Part shown: positions 61,541 through 64,000 of the stretch, in pieces
Layout: every line of letters begins with the position of its first letter
How positions within the stretch are numbered: position 1 is the stretch's first letter
Source of the DNA: the human T2T-CHM13v2.0 reference genome, Homo sapiens
DNA: 64,000 nt
Reading direction: 5' to 3' (one strand)
Assembly: GCF_009914755.1 (NCBI RefSeq)
Contig: NC_060934.1
Translations under genes and position numbers: made by a program
The notes under the pieces: model-generated
Database searches by the model: none
What the model was told of the DNA's origin: nothing
What the model saw: only the letters and a program-made list of their open reading frames with translations

Positions 61541-63544
61541 CAAATGTACACATCATTATAGTATGCTAAAATGAGGGATAGTCCAACAGAATTGAGGTGA
61601 GCTATATTTACGCAGCTTAAAGTCATCGCCAATCTTTCCTGGTCCATATTTTTCTTCTCTTTGTTTCCCTGGCCTGTGTTCTTTTCAGAACTCTACAATC
61701 CTCTACTTCCCTACCTAGGTCTGGGGCCATCCAGTGAGCATCCACATTCCTTCTTTTATAACCTGTGTACATCTGGGATCCTTTAGGTTTTTCCAAACTG
61801 AAGATATAGAATTTACGTAATTGTAGAATTTGTTTTGATTGTGAATACTAGAGTTTGAGAAGACACATAGACATAGTATCCTTAGTGGGAAGACAATGAG
61901 AGTTTTAGATTCACCTGGTGATTTTTCTAGTGCTATTGGAGAGGTACTGTGCATCCACAAATACCAAGATTCCAAGGGAAAAAGGAAGATACCATTATCA
62001 GGCGGTGTGTGCAGAGATGAACAGCTCTCAATTGGCAATAAAATCAAATTATCAGGTTCTTCCACTGGTTATCATGGTATGTATTATCATGGAAGTGAGA
62101 GGTGGATGAGCTTTAAGGAGATTTTGAAAATTATGCAATGGGAGAAGGAGTTTTAATGTATTAATATATAAATCTTTCTCAAATCTTTACCTGGAGTTGA
62201 GCTTACTTAATAACGTTGCCTATTATCAGGATGCCAGAGGGCAACATGAGGTTACCAAAGCTTCTTAGACCAAGGAATGTTCATGGAATACACAGCATGT
62301 CTTGACCTCTGTAAGACATTGCCAAAGGCTTCCATGGTCTCCTCAATGAGCACTGTGGCCAGATTTTTAGGATATAGCATGTCTTGATTAATGGCTCTAG
62401 AGTTCTCTAGAAGTTGACCACAGTGCACTGTTCTTGGATTTTTAGTGTTCAACTGATGACCTAAATAAAAACATATGCTATTCCCTGATCAAACTAACAC
62501 CCCCAAATTTAGGCTTGACTTAAATTTGTAACAGTTAATGCTCTGCAAAGATGGTGCAGTCCCAGGAGAGAGTCAGTTCCCATTGCTGGACATCTTAAAA
62601 GAGAGGCTGAATGAGGCGCCTGGTGGAGACACAGCCAAGGAGACTTAATGTATCTATGAGATTATGGGGCAAAACAATCTTTTAATTTTTTTTCTATTGT
62701 GTGATTCAATTATTCTAAAATCTAAGACCATGAAAATCTGAAATGCAAATGCATATCACTTATTAATGGTTAAGAAAAGTAATGTTTGTTTGTTTATTAT
62801 CCTTCCTTGGTTTTGCCTGTCCAAGGTGACACATGCCATATGTGTTCAATATGCTCAAAACCTGGATGAATAACTCAGAGGAGACAAGCTGACATTGGGG
62901 GCGAGCCTCTAGGTTAAAAAGGTGAGAATGAGTCACAAATAGATGCCAAAATTGTATTTGCATGACAATGCTTAGATGAAGAAAATAGTCCAGAGGAAAA
63001 ATGACCTGTTTATTCTGATAGTTTAGAGAAAATATGACTTAGAAGGGCAGAAACTGGGCCTAAAATATACTTCCATTTTATTTTAAAGAACTCATAATGA
63101 GATGTTTTCTGGTATTTTTTTAAATGGAAATCTCCATGTCCTTTCAGACAAATAGAGAGCAAGGAGAGCTGTCTCTCTACAGACTTTAAAAAGGGACTCA
63201 CGTGCACATGTTTCTGTGGAAGCTGGTAAGCACACATCTGTGTGGGTTCTCAGATGGTCAAAATCCTTCCTGCCAGAATCAGTCTCAACCACTCAGAAAT
63301 TATTTAACATCTGCAATACTCTCCCCATTTTCCCTGCAAAATAATGCAAGCAAACAAACATAAAAGACATTGTCCCTATAATTTATCATCTCCCTAGTTC
63401 ATGACAGAAGAAATGCACCTAAATCACAGGTTGGCATACATCATGGCAGGCGTCATGGATGAGGAGTTGGAAGAACTAGGTTCTGTACAGGCTCCATGCT
63501 TTCATAGTTGTACATCCTTATCTGAGTCCCACATTCTTCATGAA

Positions 63545-64000
63545 GTCCCATTTGTAGAGGAAGGATTCTTGAAGGCTGAGATACTTGAGCTAAAGCCTGA
63601 AGGATGAGAAGGATTTAGCTATACAAAGAGGTTTTCAGGCAGACACATCAGCAGGTGCAAGGATCCTCAAGGAAGACAGTTTTGGGTTACACTCAAGGAA
63701 CTTAGAAAAGGCCGATGTGGCCATGGGTGAGACAAAGAGAAGGATGGGCTGGGTAAGTCAGAAGGAGCCAGATCAGGCAGAGCCTTCGTGCCACAGTAAG
63801 GAGGTTGGATTTTTCCCAAGCCATTTAGAAAGCAACAAAGGATTTAAGCAAGCAGAAATATGTCATGAGATATAATTTTTAAAGCTTTCTCAAGCTGTTA
63901 TATGGAGAAGAGGTTGTCATAGCATCAGGCAGTATAATAAGTAGGACAACCAGTTCAGTGGCAATTGAAGCTGTACAAGCAAGAATAAAGATTTCGGCTA
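63545..64000 (-). mobile_element. L2 fragment
   Basis: TTGAGCTAAAGCCTGAAGGATGAG...AGCCAGATCAGGCAGAGCCTT...GGATTTAAGCA. Confidence 0.7.

Noticed and set aside
62614-62628. Partial CTCF-like motif (CCACCAGGCGCC on the - strand)
   Set aside because: Mismatches in the GGGGC core, too weak to call without ChIP data.

Overview
Primate (very probably human) genomic DNA. It contains the last four coding exons and the ~3 kb 3' UTR of GPR158 on the + strand. GPR158 is a class C GPCR that acts as a metabotropic glycine receptor and binds RGS7-Gb5. Exons are at 7572-7710, 12858-12963, 15209-15355 and 16338-~20794, with the stop at 17838-17840. About 43 kb of repeat-rich intergenic DNA follows, with a near full-length L1MA (-), a full-length L1PA (+), several solo LTRs with intact target-site duplications (TSDs), many Alus, and MIR, L2, CR1 and MER81 fragments. 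The most unexpected signal is a ~75 bp mitochondrial 16S rRNA insertion (NUMT) at 57053-57127. It carries the start of the humanin ORF and reads into flanking DNA as an open 35-codon humanin-like ORF. Other notable items are a GC-AG intron in GPR158, one L1-endonuclease site apparently reused by successive retrotransposons, a tiny L1 with a probable 3' transduction, and several rearranged repeats. Gene identity, exon numbers and repeat subfamily names come from recognising the sequence by eye, not from database searches. I see no evidence of a new multi-gene system.
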